Shown: positions 21,201-25,463, counted from the first letter of the stretch. The stretch is 36,305 nucleotides of DNA from Candidatus Undinarchaeota archaeon (GCA_964549355.1 CAZJUS010000005.1:1-36305), one strand, 5' to 3'. The notes: generated from the letters alone by a model not told the origin. Translations and numbers: made by a program.

Positions 21201-22940
21201 TTTGAACCATCCTGAACTAACGTTCTTTTCGCCATCAGTAGCGTGGATTTTGGCCAGCCTGATTCCTTGAAAGTCAGGGTCGGGGACTATTGTAACAGTC
21301 CAGTTGCTGAAGAAAAATGAAAGATTTGGCACATCTTCTGCCCAGAAGCTCATATTTTCAGGTGTGTCGTCCCGAAAGTGGTCGGTGAGATTTATAGTGA
21401 AGTTGGTGTTAGGCTCCATTACCACGGGGTCAATCATATAGTAGTATTCCGGTTTTTTGTTGTTGTCGACTTCATTAACAGTTAGTGTGAAATTTTCATA
21501 AAGCCATCTGCCGGCCGAATCAACTGCCTGCGCACTCACTTCAAAAATCCCTGCTTTTGTTGCTTTGAACTCCCAAAGTTTCATGTTGCTTGAGTTGCCG
21601 ACTAAGTTCAGGAATTCTTCAGTGTAGTGTGAAATTTGGCTTTGGTTGTCCCAATTAAAATTAATTGGCACGAACTCCCGCGGGATTTCAAGCAAATAAG
21701 TTAGGTTTGTGGCATTGTTGTAGTAACTTTTAGTCCAAATTTCAATGTCAAAGCTGGCCCCTTCATCCATTCTTGATGGATAAACCACATCCCAAAGCAC
21801 CAAGCTGTCATTGTAAACAGGCCCGGCTTTCTCTTCAACTTCAAACTCCAACCGGCTCCCGTTCAGTTTCAAACTCCTATTGCCTTTAAAAACAGCAGTT
21901 AGATTGCCTTGGTGCGGAGGAAACAGTGCAAGCCCGCCGGGACCTGTGAAATTAAGTTCTGTTGCATTGCCCCCAAAAAGTTCAACCGGCATGCCTGCCA
22001 GCGGCTGGCCTTCTTCAGTTAAGAGAAGAATCCCAATCGGTTTGGTTGAGTTCAATGTCAAGACAGTCCGGTTCCATAAGGCTTCGCTATCGGCCACAGT
22101 GAAGTTGAGGACAGTGAAGTTCAACATTGGATAAAATGTATTGTTGAAAATTTGAGTTTTGGTCCAGATGCTAAAGAATGAATAGTTGCCGGGATGATCT
22201 GGCGAGTAGTTCAGCCAGTAAAGCAAATCGCTTCCGTTGGCCTGCCATTCTTTAATATCTTCAGGCGTCACAAGCGTGAATGAAACATTGGTGATGTTGT
22301 GTGAAGATGCAAAAATTGCAGACATCAGCTGACTCTCGCCGATAGTGAGGTTGGTGCTTGAAATATTATAGTCGAGCAAATGCAGGTACGCAGGCTCTTC
22401 AACAGAGGTAACATTTGTGCTGTTCACTTGTGATGTGGTATTGGCTTTGCTTGTAGTTGTCGTGTTTTTGTTTTTGCTGGCGAGGGGCAATGTCCCGGAA
22501 GCCACAGAGGGCAACAGAAAACGAGAAGAGTTGCCCCCGTATGTGGCATTCACGGACACATTGGTTGGGTAAGGGAGGGAAAAATAAGCAGGAGTTTGAT
22601 ACAAGCCCGACATATTTTCAGCAGAATGATTGAAGTTCCATTCAAGGCTCAATTCCACCCAGTCTCGGATGGCGGTGCCGTTGTCCATCCTCAAGCCAAT
22701 GAGCAATCCAGTTGCATTGGTTTTCAAATCAAAGGAAACCCGGGCGAATACATCAATTTTTCCGGTTAAATTGACTGTCGGAAGTGTCGACAAGTCCGTC
22801 AAGTCATCAAGTGTCGAGTTTAGTCCGTCGAGTTGCGAAGCGTTCAAGGTTGAATTGGTGGCCAAAACAATGAAGGAGGCGAGAGAGAAAAAAAGGAGGG
22901 CGGACAACTCCCTCAACTGCCCTTTCTTCATTTCAGCCAT
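3..22940 (-). CDS. Giant secreted multidomain surface protein or adhesin, at least 7,646 aa, 3' end beyond the window edge
   Basis: ATG at 22940 (MAEMKKGQLRELSALLFFSLASFIVLA, hydrophobic signal) has a GAGGTGA RBS 8 nt upstream. Manual translation at many points gives coherent protein in the same frame, down to ...SNGTLWVNKAGQ at position 3. The track lists no minus-strand ORF in this frame within 1-22940, as expected if the frame has no stop. Confidence 0.93.
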   Translation of the reverse strand, partial: MAEMKKGQLRELSALLFFSLASFIVLATNSTLNASQLDGLNSTLDDLTDLSTLPTVNLTGKIDVFARVSFDLKTNATGLLIGLRMDNGTAIRDWVELSLEWNFNHSAENMSGLYQTPAYFSLPYPTNVSVNATYGGNSSRFLLPSVASGTLPLASKNKNTTTTSKANTTSQVNSTNVTSVEEPAYLHLLDYNISSTNLTIGESQLMSAIFASSHNITNVSFTLVTPEDIKEWQANGSDLLYWLNYSPDHPGNYSFFSIWTKTQIFNNTFYPMLNFTVLNFTVADSEALWNRTVLTLNSTKPIGILLLTEEGQPLAGMPVELFGGNATELNFTGPGGLALFPPHQGNLTAVFKGNRSLKLNGSRLEFEVEEKAGPVYNDSLVLWDVVYPSRMDEGASFDIEIWTKSYYNNATNLTYLLEIPREFVPINFNWDNQSQISHYTEEFLNLVGNSSNMKLWEFKATKAGIFEVSAQAVDSAGRWLYENFTLTVNEVDNNKKPEYYYMIDPVVMEPNTNFTINLTDHFRDDTPENMSFWAEDVPNLSFFFSNWTVTIVPDPDFQGIRLAKIHATDGEKNVSSGWFKVKVFAVPDEPTLLLNLTLPKTVNYGDEFEGSISVLSMEGAPPLVSLETVMKEVESSSERAEGMMNVDWIFRANHCGNISFNFTIGKYNTTSLSWKLERKNATVFVECEGEEEQLMGGLVTVKEDRLQDGNVIQTERTNRFFSWEKTVEFEGVANGTLNVGTELEENRGTRLEVEAIKSVFALNETPEFDVSLKGSGKEFRLLDGKGNEVAGANFSDSDGDGLTDKVEWKTDLKEKSYKITLESIKELNATVIGPDGKVIGDAEVVDVGFGKFHIKFNSSRGQMAGLYKLVVGTDSTKQEYWFKWGLVSVNTRKSIYRPGEVAEIIMVVLDKDGHLRSEAQIELTITNPNKEVLVLSTNEGVYESSKGVYRANYPVEVEGKHLIHVDAKGGMDAEIDSHFMSKEHFEFDIIRDTPVTIDPSRNDLESSIQIISFTDAEKFNFREVLPSAFDLIDDGGAEITEEGDTKILEWVNLTNNSVVSYEAEIPKIWPYLYMLGPAEVEYENGIFKEARQWHFAVDPGTWTYTGWKWRKPINVSETAGEAWTQWPVKLTVNTSAIIAESKMRGDCGDIRFTNYNDEEIPFWFEDDTCNTTETNIWLKMNFTAYENKTVFMYYGNPTASSESNITAVVYNNITTGNISTQSGVWRRIEYGPYEDPVVVGTANTFSGYEALVFEATNVTETHALVRFCESDGPGTSCVSRAVNETVGFVVAGSNLNDEPNFECGTFNVGGGMDATTSTNYFNENFGSTPYLFFAVQTDNDGDHPVESWLDTKSSSQFAAGICRQDATDTCDSSHATETVGWIAIIDNNEPFTYLDSDSGAVNINPTSVVWQTGTYANTVSNPIAIAEIQENVGSQQPKIDEADNVGTNSIDVNFCEIDSGDTCNSHSDNDVAWWSITKNPTQFVSSQTTEGSEQKSSGPEVNITLPDGSENTIEVLLNFTVQDGEADPIKCWYSADNSGKWIFIGYVANDTYKALNVSGELGDSHFITVRCEDNVSTPNLNGTDTSASWKTPYFESGWGYRIPINISENSGENLTEFQIMLRLNTTELIDRGIMQSDCQDIRITNQTDDPIPYYVEPRMCNNDLIETIIWVQVPWIEANKNNTIYLYHGQVGQVTTTGDESEVFNYTTQKDIYYPVGQFNAELDTAMVAFQDNTQVTIGSWSTTLDAGESITVLAANHTRSTAVNTTGPLSIDNIGDDTGDDRPGDTFVPKGWQDVSMGFAFSRNNNTYWMFAPYEQTNATLYQGASDDWGGWSYLEDVEIDYRGTRRTSQDPADDRVLRMNSTAPLLVFIESFAVTSGQDQAPGHLPDKDLYGLPSRYLHLGALLNDTKCDIYFSDDVTKLTVYMDEGMVVPLDTALIPNDGGQAGNVHGDCASAHIMCTHPVAAIQTADADGTDITTFLPEYELSREYFIPQEGEYLTIVTITPNTKCTLYGPNGGAAVWSDVSDSNIYPYPSRLYYGYSSSGMISAGSRLFCNASVYAYYETDNVGDEHNLLPIKAARQATYPAPTYTYLPREQVIPVFGEVTAVSEEGTNTGGWGETWNFSVEVYDPDNQTLTIKLWYSNFSTGPWEFIESRICENCGDYTHTISWENISFSCANISYPDYLYYFFNTTDPGFQSNQSIVGQFRLEEDDIIIEHFMGNNTYVNRTDTEPGNETLLVGRLNDTDANTYGGAGVDASLWITTDGSFLYSMSATSNATGHLKKVSNSGYLNPGCSAPKFEAGPQKWYYKVLSSADCYQPAYSENFTVTIIGNLYPAIDNPTNDELINMGNPINFQGTLSDDCNTAITSGADVDFVIMRKTDGTRYICDASYSSTLGKWNCTWDTSGQPEAKFNVTMNATMQYYNPGEKTVNFTTYFPPAIDDIWVNASSIMWGNTLLFRVNVSDSTDDTLNVTFLLKKGTGEWFLQDYNESVPGPDNTPVYFQRAFNSSDVEDTWYFKFNVTDTNLNYITSPGDDTFSIKKRNITWIIWAGNGTDVVANRSGSQTTELKVQIKDEVWESAIPDKNMMFSVTFDQATYKNTNNATSDSAGNASVGFDAACSPNKFEVGTQYWKVTVDGGAAIYNNPVSDILQLNVTGDIPLFLVKPDGSSNFTQESAITFLAYTEDDCGDALATNVSFATNHSSGNFYVGYTDEPLGANTYTLDWTTDISTPEGWYNATMFANKPLHYSNNSLFTKQGWPGMFYMNPVYHLNNENVTPSYHGWGYRNWNYSVEASTGGLTPKKVDIMFAKSSPTGFMVCNDCENQTPVYCNYPDCQNMPIWWFKNFTAGDIGTWFAKFRLMGAETDGLLSVTLVEDNVSIDHFEGNDSNPGTSTPVNFSVEVFDNIAQTLNLTPSAKITFELLHQDYPNGKKTLGSSYTNGTGVATYELQPTCEFVAGPQKWRAFVAVDDDAYAYNTSVNFTTTLNLAGCEATPSIYSHAEPTEAFQYSNFTVSAVMTSYIADSSDAYAEIIAPDSWDIANRIQHIGTLAQGASVDVFWNINATTSGEFLLTIQLNNTDGTKDQENITVRVYDRNKVAMDPNYIEVPPGENGTVDFACEAGVYRFSEYDLTANSSGTSARFFVYNNTKYIEIKNHEAISSATNISLSVLENRSTVNENGNCSLIVQNTGDAVLNITAAEFLGYIIPKARAISITPNINGFETYSLDADDDLLNISVLVFNSNATAMSGNLWVNITNSTGTVNSSDISVNVNSGEIKEYKVTNINTSTWVAGDYEITTTLYNEGESWSRSETFTIQTLNHTEYYINYTCPDTNETVYVTIYNNFKDAVDYNVSMEVPAGWSFEQSYVAFTLGAGQSKDIEFNVTSSPSTENVTLNVTVNYTLPHKQGFKKIPAYFFNGNQPIIEILRETPGMISPTKVFESALIIHNKGCAAATGAVISEVVKPGWTPANPSLEGDIELVSSNADLELNRIDIVLGEIGVDKYAVLNYQVKSPPGTDEVGTMFWNVSFDGRTIKEPEKYKVHTASYAGESHFEFDVVANQYQDFPWPETRSIQLNEPYNITLIPRNVGDTTAYNWTINAYIAEGCEILKVFQNGSVNGQHIHWNLTGLGSRQREYYNFTLNCSTTEDVSFTVNATRNTIGYVSYSDSPNLECTGETCTYEYNYPFSNPAEDYQQLTEVNISFHQKATTQNTTISEFGIRMKDDNGDYKILWQNQTLTPTDSGQTLVYYTNPSQFESTSRYIELFAHTDGEKNKFANISISQFNYTWRYGKQFIESQKLYLNSKVYYYAPRLQNIRLFIGDNASKTVGGWGENYTFSVETQDRFGRNITVYAWHKSGPIWSLINSTLVPWASDWKQVNFTWDYQPDDIGGWEFKFNASNADGDSELSGNVYTIEEDDVSLLNITPEWNMIINRSQPYNFTFQVNDIDNGTLGTLLQDQEAYIEISKFGNNESYAFFFTSPVIDSQGYSKLLMEPTGAKWCQDFFYLGQNYWRGAVKTATYYKDTYLQPPPYNALPFTLYGQLNNTMLKPDTSTNFTKSQNIELEGTISDDCGATLTDPTTYFRLEHNGYSEELQVFYDGGRGTYYTTHGMSTSAPLGWYNATMTSSKQYYWNGTKTLENAFFLASVPMLDAPLASPSSDGWGRSPFNFTINVTDDDNNTVTVFFWLQHPDGSWELNSTQTCSPCNNDQLQFQRNFTESEVGAWNYTINASDTSGFTNTTGKISFGVEKDDVAFMNVIGNNTEVNRSSGSVLLAVRVYDQDYESYTTSINETTKLFTLIYNGSLWREEAESKNATHYYFDFDPNCNYSSGQQYWKVNVTNSTSYKDVESEQFWIKIIGDLDPHIISPKYQNFTQGDDIVFRGNVTDDCLQNTTGASVRFRMDGFGGPFYCPASGYAEEESPGVYNCTVGTSGMGGWYNVTMEVNKTGSNSNFHQITNNIYIRVAPKLYNIQVTPESDGWSLNRTFIVNVTDQGDTDTLYLWQRNTVVHPEWELVGTKTCNDCANTTVNWTASYTCSAVSTTSWQFKINATDTEGSTYESQAQDFLTDDLFTIEKDDVALIHQGGNETTATKVSPTWFRILLNDTDKGAVITSPTANGRIDVSLNNSNIWLTEESFSETNSTGSINYEFYASCKYDPGWQKWRVQVETTDACYKSSLSEEFTVFLDMKCPEFEITDVYAPSEVFQNKLFGVNATLYVKDRNATATNITLKTPWPELPSSNQYLGKIRADIGGSNYTYVHWDVNVTDIAEKMFTETLNFTANTTDEIPPANFYTANNSINVSVYEFLDLECPFRAVNLLTNEDVSEKICGLNGTLGEDYENTSTEATLNPGEEMLVTWECGAVNIRNSELNAYWEALNGTGHLHLKVFSERWMPYASLVTVPENLTLKSFRMVDPNINIFGERGECGVILFNGGEVPVLIDHFNATVYVQKHLKILDINFIRHDEEGYVDVPIIVANPSSQDENNTKLQLNITALNGTTIYYTNSSFVNISAHGNETVNFKVNLSTVPEKRLWAKARLVDVNEEDERKIRFFNDVETIYVYYNPHTCFNISEEWNVELRNIQEDSYKVINVTVALPSGWQVSPAYRTTNVVRSESEIDNLFTIIPPDTPQNITANISVKISYSDLTYNITRTYQLNISNANQSVIQITRETPGVVSPGAVFESQIVLYNKGCKAVNGTVTLVETLKPGWTPANPTIKGGTAISTEMDLENNKMTWVLPSIDAGDYLIADYQVKAPPLVGNLGNAQWSLAYEDVNLTEPRKFDELRTSNYTGESHLEYDAVVWQREEFPWAEPQSFMPNYEYNMSILTVNIGDATANNWTIYLPVPDNCTVTQIWNGSNQGNILAWNLSGLGKREKRYLNFTINCTSLGPIIFEPFGINDTYTTSSYEDFPGYSCSGETCTSSFPHTLQEPNMPYQRVVSGGINLTYNSSGENTSISELFVKYLDVINDSEPYLFFENYFWDNIEMNSSTYFVLSDAESESFTEPNKYIQLYSHSSALNNPQTFLNITRIYYTWGYGTIFNETEKAFTVSKIYDYVPLMQNTSLYINGNNSITAGGWGENFTFSVWTRDRFGRNISVWAWHKIVGQEWSLIDNTTCVDCLPWTQINFTYDYLPTDINTWEFKFNSTNDDGNNSIDGFIYNVERDDVTLTQYRPAESEIVNRSASYVFATRIYDTDNETHPDGTIGKTYISIFDQNTFESSPSPLSSSKGWLNRTVANADWCADQSKYYLGNHSWYTATTGDAYIKDNSSAVWNFTLKGSLSNTIIKLIGENVSREYNSSVLIEGQVKNDCGNILSTATVYFNLTNGPYTYKCQATPVGNYYQCDFPVESESAPLRWYNITMFSNKTLHWDNITAIENAFYYATVPDVNASVDKAPSAPWGMSPFNLTSYVTDQDNDTVTVKFWLKKGQAGSWNDEFTDSQNNTNNYRIYHERTFSCPAPNDVATWYFKVNATDPSGYWNETAPIEFNVTKEPIWIMHLQGNGTTLNRSNENPDTSTRFAVRLYDYILGVNRTDILDTNVKFWINGTETTSTLNSSGKNYYHDYNPECTYPVGNLLWKANFSGESCYADNSSVEFTVRVIGNLNVSLIYPDGATNFTQGDVFNLTAEVQDDCQQTIEDANVWFNLTNTRTGDTYRCPNSGYANFNGTDYLCEVNTSTFKGGWFNITVNASRNYYWEDVKTYKNNFFQITPVDLSSPQVEYPDDGSWGEVHNFTVVVDHYNDVQVCLLEKFSAGGQYQVTECKTIPTPVNKLVNFTRVYTCGEASKLLYYKFNASEPGVSGTLANTTEKTHFVEKDDIVISYIKGNESIVNRSTGETPFVLFVNDTDKLAPAYSPAYESPKIRFSVYNGSAFLEDGLNETNSSGQVTYYFAPSCSYEVGKQEWHGKTSFDTCYKDFQTDNFNVTIYGHLSPVITAPNGTEYNRTTTLSVNITANIQDECSLHYLNATANFTIISAGFGTYYHCKNKTDYQNGTQVCEFNATYADEGWYDVNITASDVQLYNDGYYRKNDSFRIIQLWVPPKLENETFVYEDDGGWGENFTFLVNASDKNANDVNVSFWMSPDNSTWTYINSQTCYDCGAVTQLSFYYDAFTCSDKGTQYFKFNATDAHNSTDRIGWNFTVDKDDVEFLYEGLSTGNDSVVNRWQDKLLKIRVYDPDNATYLPDGKTTKFWVTTDGSSWGPAIDSDTNNTYTNITFTPNCVYKVGIQNWKAGTFGNSCYKDANSSLQLTTTIMGYLTLEVEQPAGETYYNNENITVRANVTDECGTPTVNDAVVNFNVTHASFSNPCTPVNNEGTGWYNCTWNITTSPGGWYWVGMNSTRQYYNNASYIKNNAFFHEVVPVLSGEFVNPTSTYWGSQYTFKVNVTDDDDFVTLKLWHRKKPSTEWSEVETQYCNDCINTTKTFLRTYTQTEIGEWEWYISADDGDLAYNTSIHNLNVTKRSTIVEYYRGNYSNVTRYGDNSTLLTLVIKDAVSGAPIGQGLDGGFWVTTNGSKWGPKIPATTETGSYLNTSFKPDCVYYTGIQKWKGGNDESSFYYAGNSSEFNLTIYTVLWGAVNIPNGTKIVRDTPLDIYGDVVDECENVTGATVRFRIKREGTTFIPSPDPANDLVNGTYNSTWDTTGAALGWYNITINSSKQYYFDHYLKKVNAFYLGSGTELRNPWADTDADGWGHNYTFKVEARDVENDVTNVSLWYSNSSSGPWKLIDWQTMQSTVFVNVTFHHVFDCQDYFDGPTTYYKFIANDSNGFTDEISGSPITLEQDDLGFIIEAGQGASIDREGPVSFKFIVSINDTDYGSLVGADLNGTFYFTTDSTDFDDGHNKTTNTTGQISYDHAPDCLYTTGIQLWYVSMHGNACYKTTDMGTSTYSIIGQLKNNLEVPVPGSSFNVTDGILTRLNVSTDCSNEGLVNDTSSLTITMKHNQTETEYGCTPVNNEASGWYNCTWDSTGKPEGNYTIIIYSDKGSYHPNTTSHMNQFWLENLDTNYTKSRVSPTLGGWGETFQFNVTVNDTEGDTIECKLFVNTSTGFVYKDTDTLTGTAGIPTVGNCSVDVNSFTCGEQGTAEFLWQIDDGTNKYNTTVVSGPTIEKDDTASSYFSGNLSFVNRSSGYTPLVIEILDTDRSINVESNGTLWVNKAGQ
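6290..8890 (-). repeat. Intervening Ig/DUF11/CARDB-like block, copy 2 (homologous to 11510-13960)
   Basis: Shared motifs RETPG, NKGC, KPGWTPANP, YQVKxPP, GESHxExD, FPWxE and YTWxYG. Confidence 0.85.
8890..11470 (-). repeat. Three repeat units (middle array, third lacks its last subdomain)
   Basis: GGWGENYTF near 11454, DGWGRSPFNF near 10461, DGWSLNRTF near 9512. Confidence 0.85.
11510..13960 (-). repeat. Intervening Ig/DUF11/CARDB-like block, copy 1
   Basis: ILRETPGMISP...NKGC...KPGWTPANP...YQVKSPP...GESHFEFD...FPWPE, matching 6290-8890. Confidence 0.85.
13960..16600 (-). repeat. Three repeat units (N-terminal array, third lacks its last subdomain)
   Basis: GGWGETWNF near 16585, MWGNTLLF near 15580, HGWGYRNWNY near 14590. 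Confidence 0.85.
17860..18180 (-). other. DUF2341-like domain 2 within the giant protein
   Basis: GWGYRIPINISE...LNTTELI...MQSDCQDIRIT...IPYYVE...IWVQVP...IYLYHG. Confidence 0.8.
18510..19310 (-). other. Three tandem H-type-lectin-like repeats within the giant protein
   Basis: Three ~85-aa units with cores EDPVVVG / STPYLFFAVQT / SNPIAIAEIQ and ends NETVGFVVAG / HATETVGWIAI / HSDNDVAWWSI, each with a Cys pair. Confidence 0.6.
19330..19640 (-). other. DUF2341-like domain 1 within the giant protein
   Basis: GWKWRKPINVSE...VNTSAII...MRGDCGDIRFT...IPFWFE...IWLK...MYYGNPTASSESN. Confidence 0.85.
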
Positions 22941-23376
22941 ATCTCACTTCACCTCTGATTTGGTTGGGGCCGAGAGCGGTCTCCAATGAGCTGTTCACAA
23001 AAATAGTGGCGACGCAGGTGGCGTTGGCTTCGAGCCGGCTGCAGTTGTCAGTCTGGAGGATTGTTTCAATGCCTGGTGACAAAAACCAATCCACCGCCAC
23101 TATTTCCGCGGTTGTGTTACCTGTGTTGGTGACAAAAATGCGGAAGGCGGTTTCCTGGCCCAGTTCTCCGCGGGTAAGATTGCGAGGCAGGACCATCGAG
23201 GCAGAGAGATTTACGGCGGATGTTTTGGGCATTTCAGGAGCAGGGGTTTCTTCAGATGCATTGGTGGCATTCAATCCAGAGACAGCAAAGGCAGTAAGGG
23301 CTGCTCCTGTTGTCAGGAGCAGAGCCATCAGCAGACTGACCTGTCCTTTACCTTTTTTGTAGTTATTTCGCCCCAA
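22933..23376 (-). CDS. Small secreted Ig-like (DUF11/CARDB-like) protein with a class III signal peptide-like N-terminus
   Basis: KKGKGQVS followed by a hydrophobic stretch (LLMALLLTTGAALTAFAV), then an IFVTNTGN strand motif. GGGGGT RBS precedes the TTG start, and the stop overlaps the giant ORF start by 8 nt. Confidence 0.8.
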   Translation of the reverse strand: MGRNNYKKGKGQVSLLMALLLTTGAALTAFAVSGLNATNASEETPAPEMPKTSAVNLSASMVLPRNLTRGELGQETAFRIFVTNTGNTTAEIVAVDWFLSPGIETILQTDNCSRLEANATCVATIFVNSSLETALGPNQIRGEVRYG

Positions 23377-23408
23377 ACTACCCCCTTACCTTAACAATAA
23401 GTAAACTG

Positions 23409-23473
23409 TCGAAGGTTATGAAACAAACCTAAAGTGTCTGCCGACACCAGACACTTGCCCGTCTAACCTTCGA
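23409..23473. promoter_or_regulatory. Nested inverted repeats in the divergent intergenic region (operator or 5' leader structure)
   Basis: TCGAAGGTTA (23409-23418) / TAACCTTCGA (23464-23473) encloses AAGTGTCTG (23432-23440) / CAGACACTT (23448-23456). Confidence 0.6.
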
Positions 23474-23496
23474 AAACCAGTGCAAAACCGGGGTTA

Positions 23497-23506
23497 TTTA
23501 TATATA
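23497..23506. promoter_or_regulatory. Archaeal TATA box, possibly bidirectional
   Basis: TTTATATATA begins 30 nt before the GTG at 23527 and also reads as a TATA box on the minus strand. Confidence 0.7.
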
Positions 23507-23526
23507 GCCTTCCCGCACAGTCTTGC

Positions 23527-23895
23527 GTGAGCAGGATAAAAATCCGCGAGGATGTTTTGAAGGTGAAGAGCCTGATTCAGGAACCCGGCCTCGTCCGTGT
23601 CCGCTCCGATATGGATGAGCTCATGTCCCAGCTTAAGGAGCTTGGCCATGCCGTGGAAGACCTGCGCAGCAAATGGGAAAGTGAAAAGAGTGCGGTCTCG
23701 CTCAAACGCGAAAATCAAGTGGTTGCAGTCCTCAAGGATAAAGCGATGACTTCAACTGAAATCGGGAAAATTCTGGGCATCAGCAGGACACGTGTCACTG
23801 AATATCTGAAACAGCTGGAGAAGGACAACATAGTGGTCGGCAAACTTGTCAACCGCAGGAAGTACTACAGCTTGGTGGATGGGGTGAAGGGATGA
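23527..23895 (+). CDS. Winged helix-turn-helix DNA-binding protein with an N-terminal coiled coil
   Basis: MTSTEIGKILGISRTRVTEYLKQLEKDNIV...RRKYYSL is a wHTH pattern. ATGA overlap with the downstream minD. Confidence 0.85.
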   Translation: MSRIKIREDVLKVKSLIQEPGLVRVRSDMDELMSQLKELGHAVEDLRSKWESEKSAVSLKRENQVVAVLKDKAMTSTEIGKILGISRTRVTEYLKQLEKDNIVVGKLVNRRKYYSLVDGVKG

Positions 23896-24659
23896 GAAGA
23901 ATCATAGGAGTTATATCCGGCAAGGGCGGGGTTGGGAAGACTACAACTTCTGTGAATCTCGGACTGGCGATGCACAAACTGGGCGAGGATGTATTCGTGG
24001 TCGACACTGATTTGAAGAACCCCAATGTGGCCCTCCACCTGGGCGTCTTTGAATTTGACAATACTGTGCAGGATATAATCGAAAAGGACATGCCTCTCCT
24101 TGAAGCCATGTACATCCACAAGACGGGGCTCAAGTTTGCACCCGCGCACATTTCACTCCGCTACCTTTCCCTTGATTCGGACAGGCTGCGCAATGTCTTC
24201 AGTGAAGTCTACACCACCACCCTCGTGGATGCACCCCCCGGCTTTGGCAAGGAAGCATTGTCCGTCATGGACGTGGTTGATGAGGTGCTGGTCGTGACCA
24301 ATCCGAACCTGCCCGCAATCACCGGCGCCCTCCGCGCAGTCGATGTTGCCAAGTCAATGGGAGTGAATGTGACCGGCATTGTAATCAATGCGGTCCGTGG
24401 CAGGGGATACGAAATCTCCCGGGAAGAAATCGAGGCAGTGAGCGGGACCAAAGTGCTGGCTGAAATTCCTTGGGATGAAAATATTGTAAAAAGCATCGCC
24501 TTCAAGAATCCTGTTGTCCATTACAACCCATTGGCCTCTTCGTCCATGGCGTATTTCAAGCTTGCTTCACGGATGACCGGCAGGGCTTATTCCCAGCCCA
24601 ATATGGTGCGGTTCCGGAGTTTCATAAACACCCTTGGAAGGGTGCTGAAACCGGAGTGA
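23892..24659 (+). CDS. minD: MinD/ParA-family ATPase (archaeal MinD-like)
   Basis: Deviant Walker A SGKGGVGKTT, VDTDL, VDAPPG, IPWDENI and an amphipathic C-terminus (FRSFINTLGRVL). GGGGTGA RBS. Confidence 0.9.
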   Translation: MRRIIGVISGKGGVGKTTTSVNLGLAMHKLGEDVFVVDTDLKNPNVALHLGVFEFDNTVQDIIEKDMPLLEAMYIHKTGLKFAPAHISLRYLSLDSDRLRNVFSEVYTTTLVDAPPGFGKEALSVMDVVDEVLVVTNPNLPAITGALRAVDVAKSMGVNVTGIVINAVRGRGYEISREEIEAVSGTKVLAEIPWDENIVKSIAFKNPVVHYNPLASSSMAYFKLASRMTGRAYSQPNMVRFRSFINTLGRVLKPE

Positions 24660-24725
24660 TCATGCAGTATGGCGCCTGGTTGGATGGAAATGCATATTTA
24701 TGCAGAGGCCAATATATACTAATTG

Positions 24726-25463
24726 ATGGAAACGCGAATTGGTTCAAAGTCTCCCCTTTTTATTTTATTCTCAATAGGACTGGCGGTTTTTTGGGCCACC
24801 CAAACCGCATATGCAATTACAGGGTTTGACCCCACCCTCTATGATTCAACCTGGAGCCAGAGCTCCAGCGGTGCGTCCGTGACTGGTGGCAACGTATACA
24901 ATGCAACAGTCTCAACGAACGAACAAACCTACCGTTGGGCAGCCCTGTGGGGAAACATCTCAGGTCAGATTGTCTTGAACAATGAAGACGGGAACGCAGT
25001 GATATCTTGGGTCATCAGCCAGATCCAGGATGCATCAGTAGTCTACGCAACAACTTACGATGGGACTCTCGACCCCACCAACTTTGCATCCTTCAACCGG
25101 CTCCAGCTCAACAACACCGACAAGGCGTACGGCTACGACCCGTTTGTGACCGACTCCATTTCAAACACATTCACAAACTATGCCAATTTCCAGTCCCCGA
25201 GCATGGACAATCCGGTCGTCGCCAACACCACAGTCCTTGAATCAACCTGGACCAACTATGTCTTCAGGCTGAATTCAAGCGATGTGCCTGCCAGCTACCC
25301 CGGCGGGCAGGACTATGTGGTCTGGGCGGCCAGCGTCCAGAACGACCAGAACTCATTCTACGGGGTCACCGCAGACTACGAACTGCTGATTCCGGAAAAC
25401 GAGGAGGTCGGGCAGGGCGAAGGCTCGCCGACAACCTACTACTTCTGGCTTGAGTTCAACTGA
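24726..25463 (+). CDS. Secreted protein of unknown function, paralog 1 (candidate filament subunit)
   Basis: Signal peptide ending AYA/ITG, motifs EQTYRWAALWGNISG and DYELLIPENEE...TTYYFWLE. ATG 24726 preferred over TTG 24723 from TATA spacing. Confidence 0.88.
   Translation: METRIGSKSPLFILFSIGLAVFWATQTAYAITGFDPTLYDSTWSQSSSGASVTGGNVYNATVSTNEQTYRWAALWGNISGQIVLNNEDGNAVISWVISQIQDASVVYATTYDGTLDPTNFASFNRLQLNNTDKAYGYDPFVTDSISNTFTNYANFQSPSMDNPVVANTTVLESTWTNYVFRLNSSDVPASYPGGQDYVVWAASVQNDQNSFYGVTADYELLIPENEEVGQGEGSPTTYYFWLEFN
25335..25453 (+). repeat. 119-bp exact direct repeat, copy 1 (copy 2 at 26154-26272)
   Basis: Base-by-base identity from GTCCAGAACGACC to CTTCTGGCTTGA at an offset of 819 nt. 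Confidence 0.9.

Noticed and set aside
3..22940. Stop-codon recoding or a pseudogene as the reason no long ORF is listed
   Set aside because: The frame appears open under the standard code. Its absence from the track is explained by the lack of a stop inside the window.
145..22989. Dozens of short ORFs in the track (for example 14169-14687 and 20527-21132)
   Set aside because: They are antisense or off-frame shadows of the giant minus-strand ORF and have no recognisable motifs.
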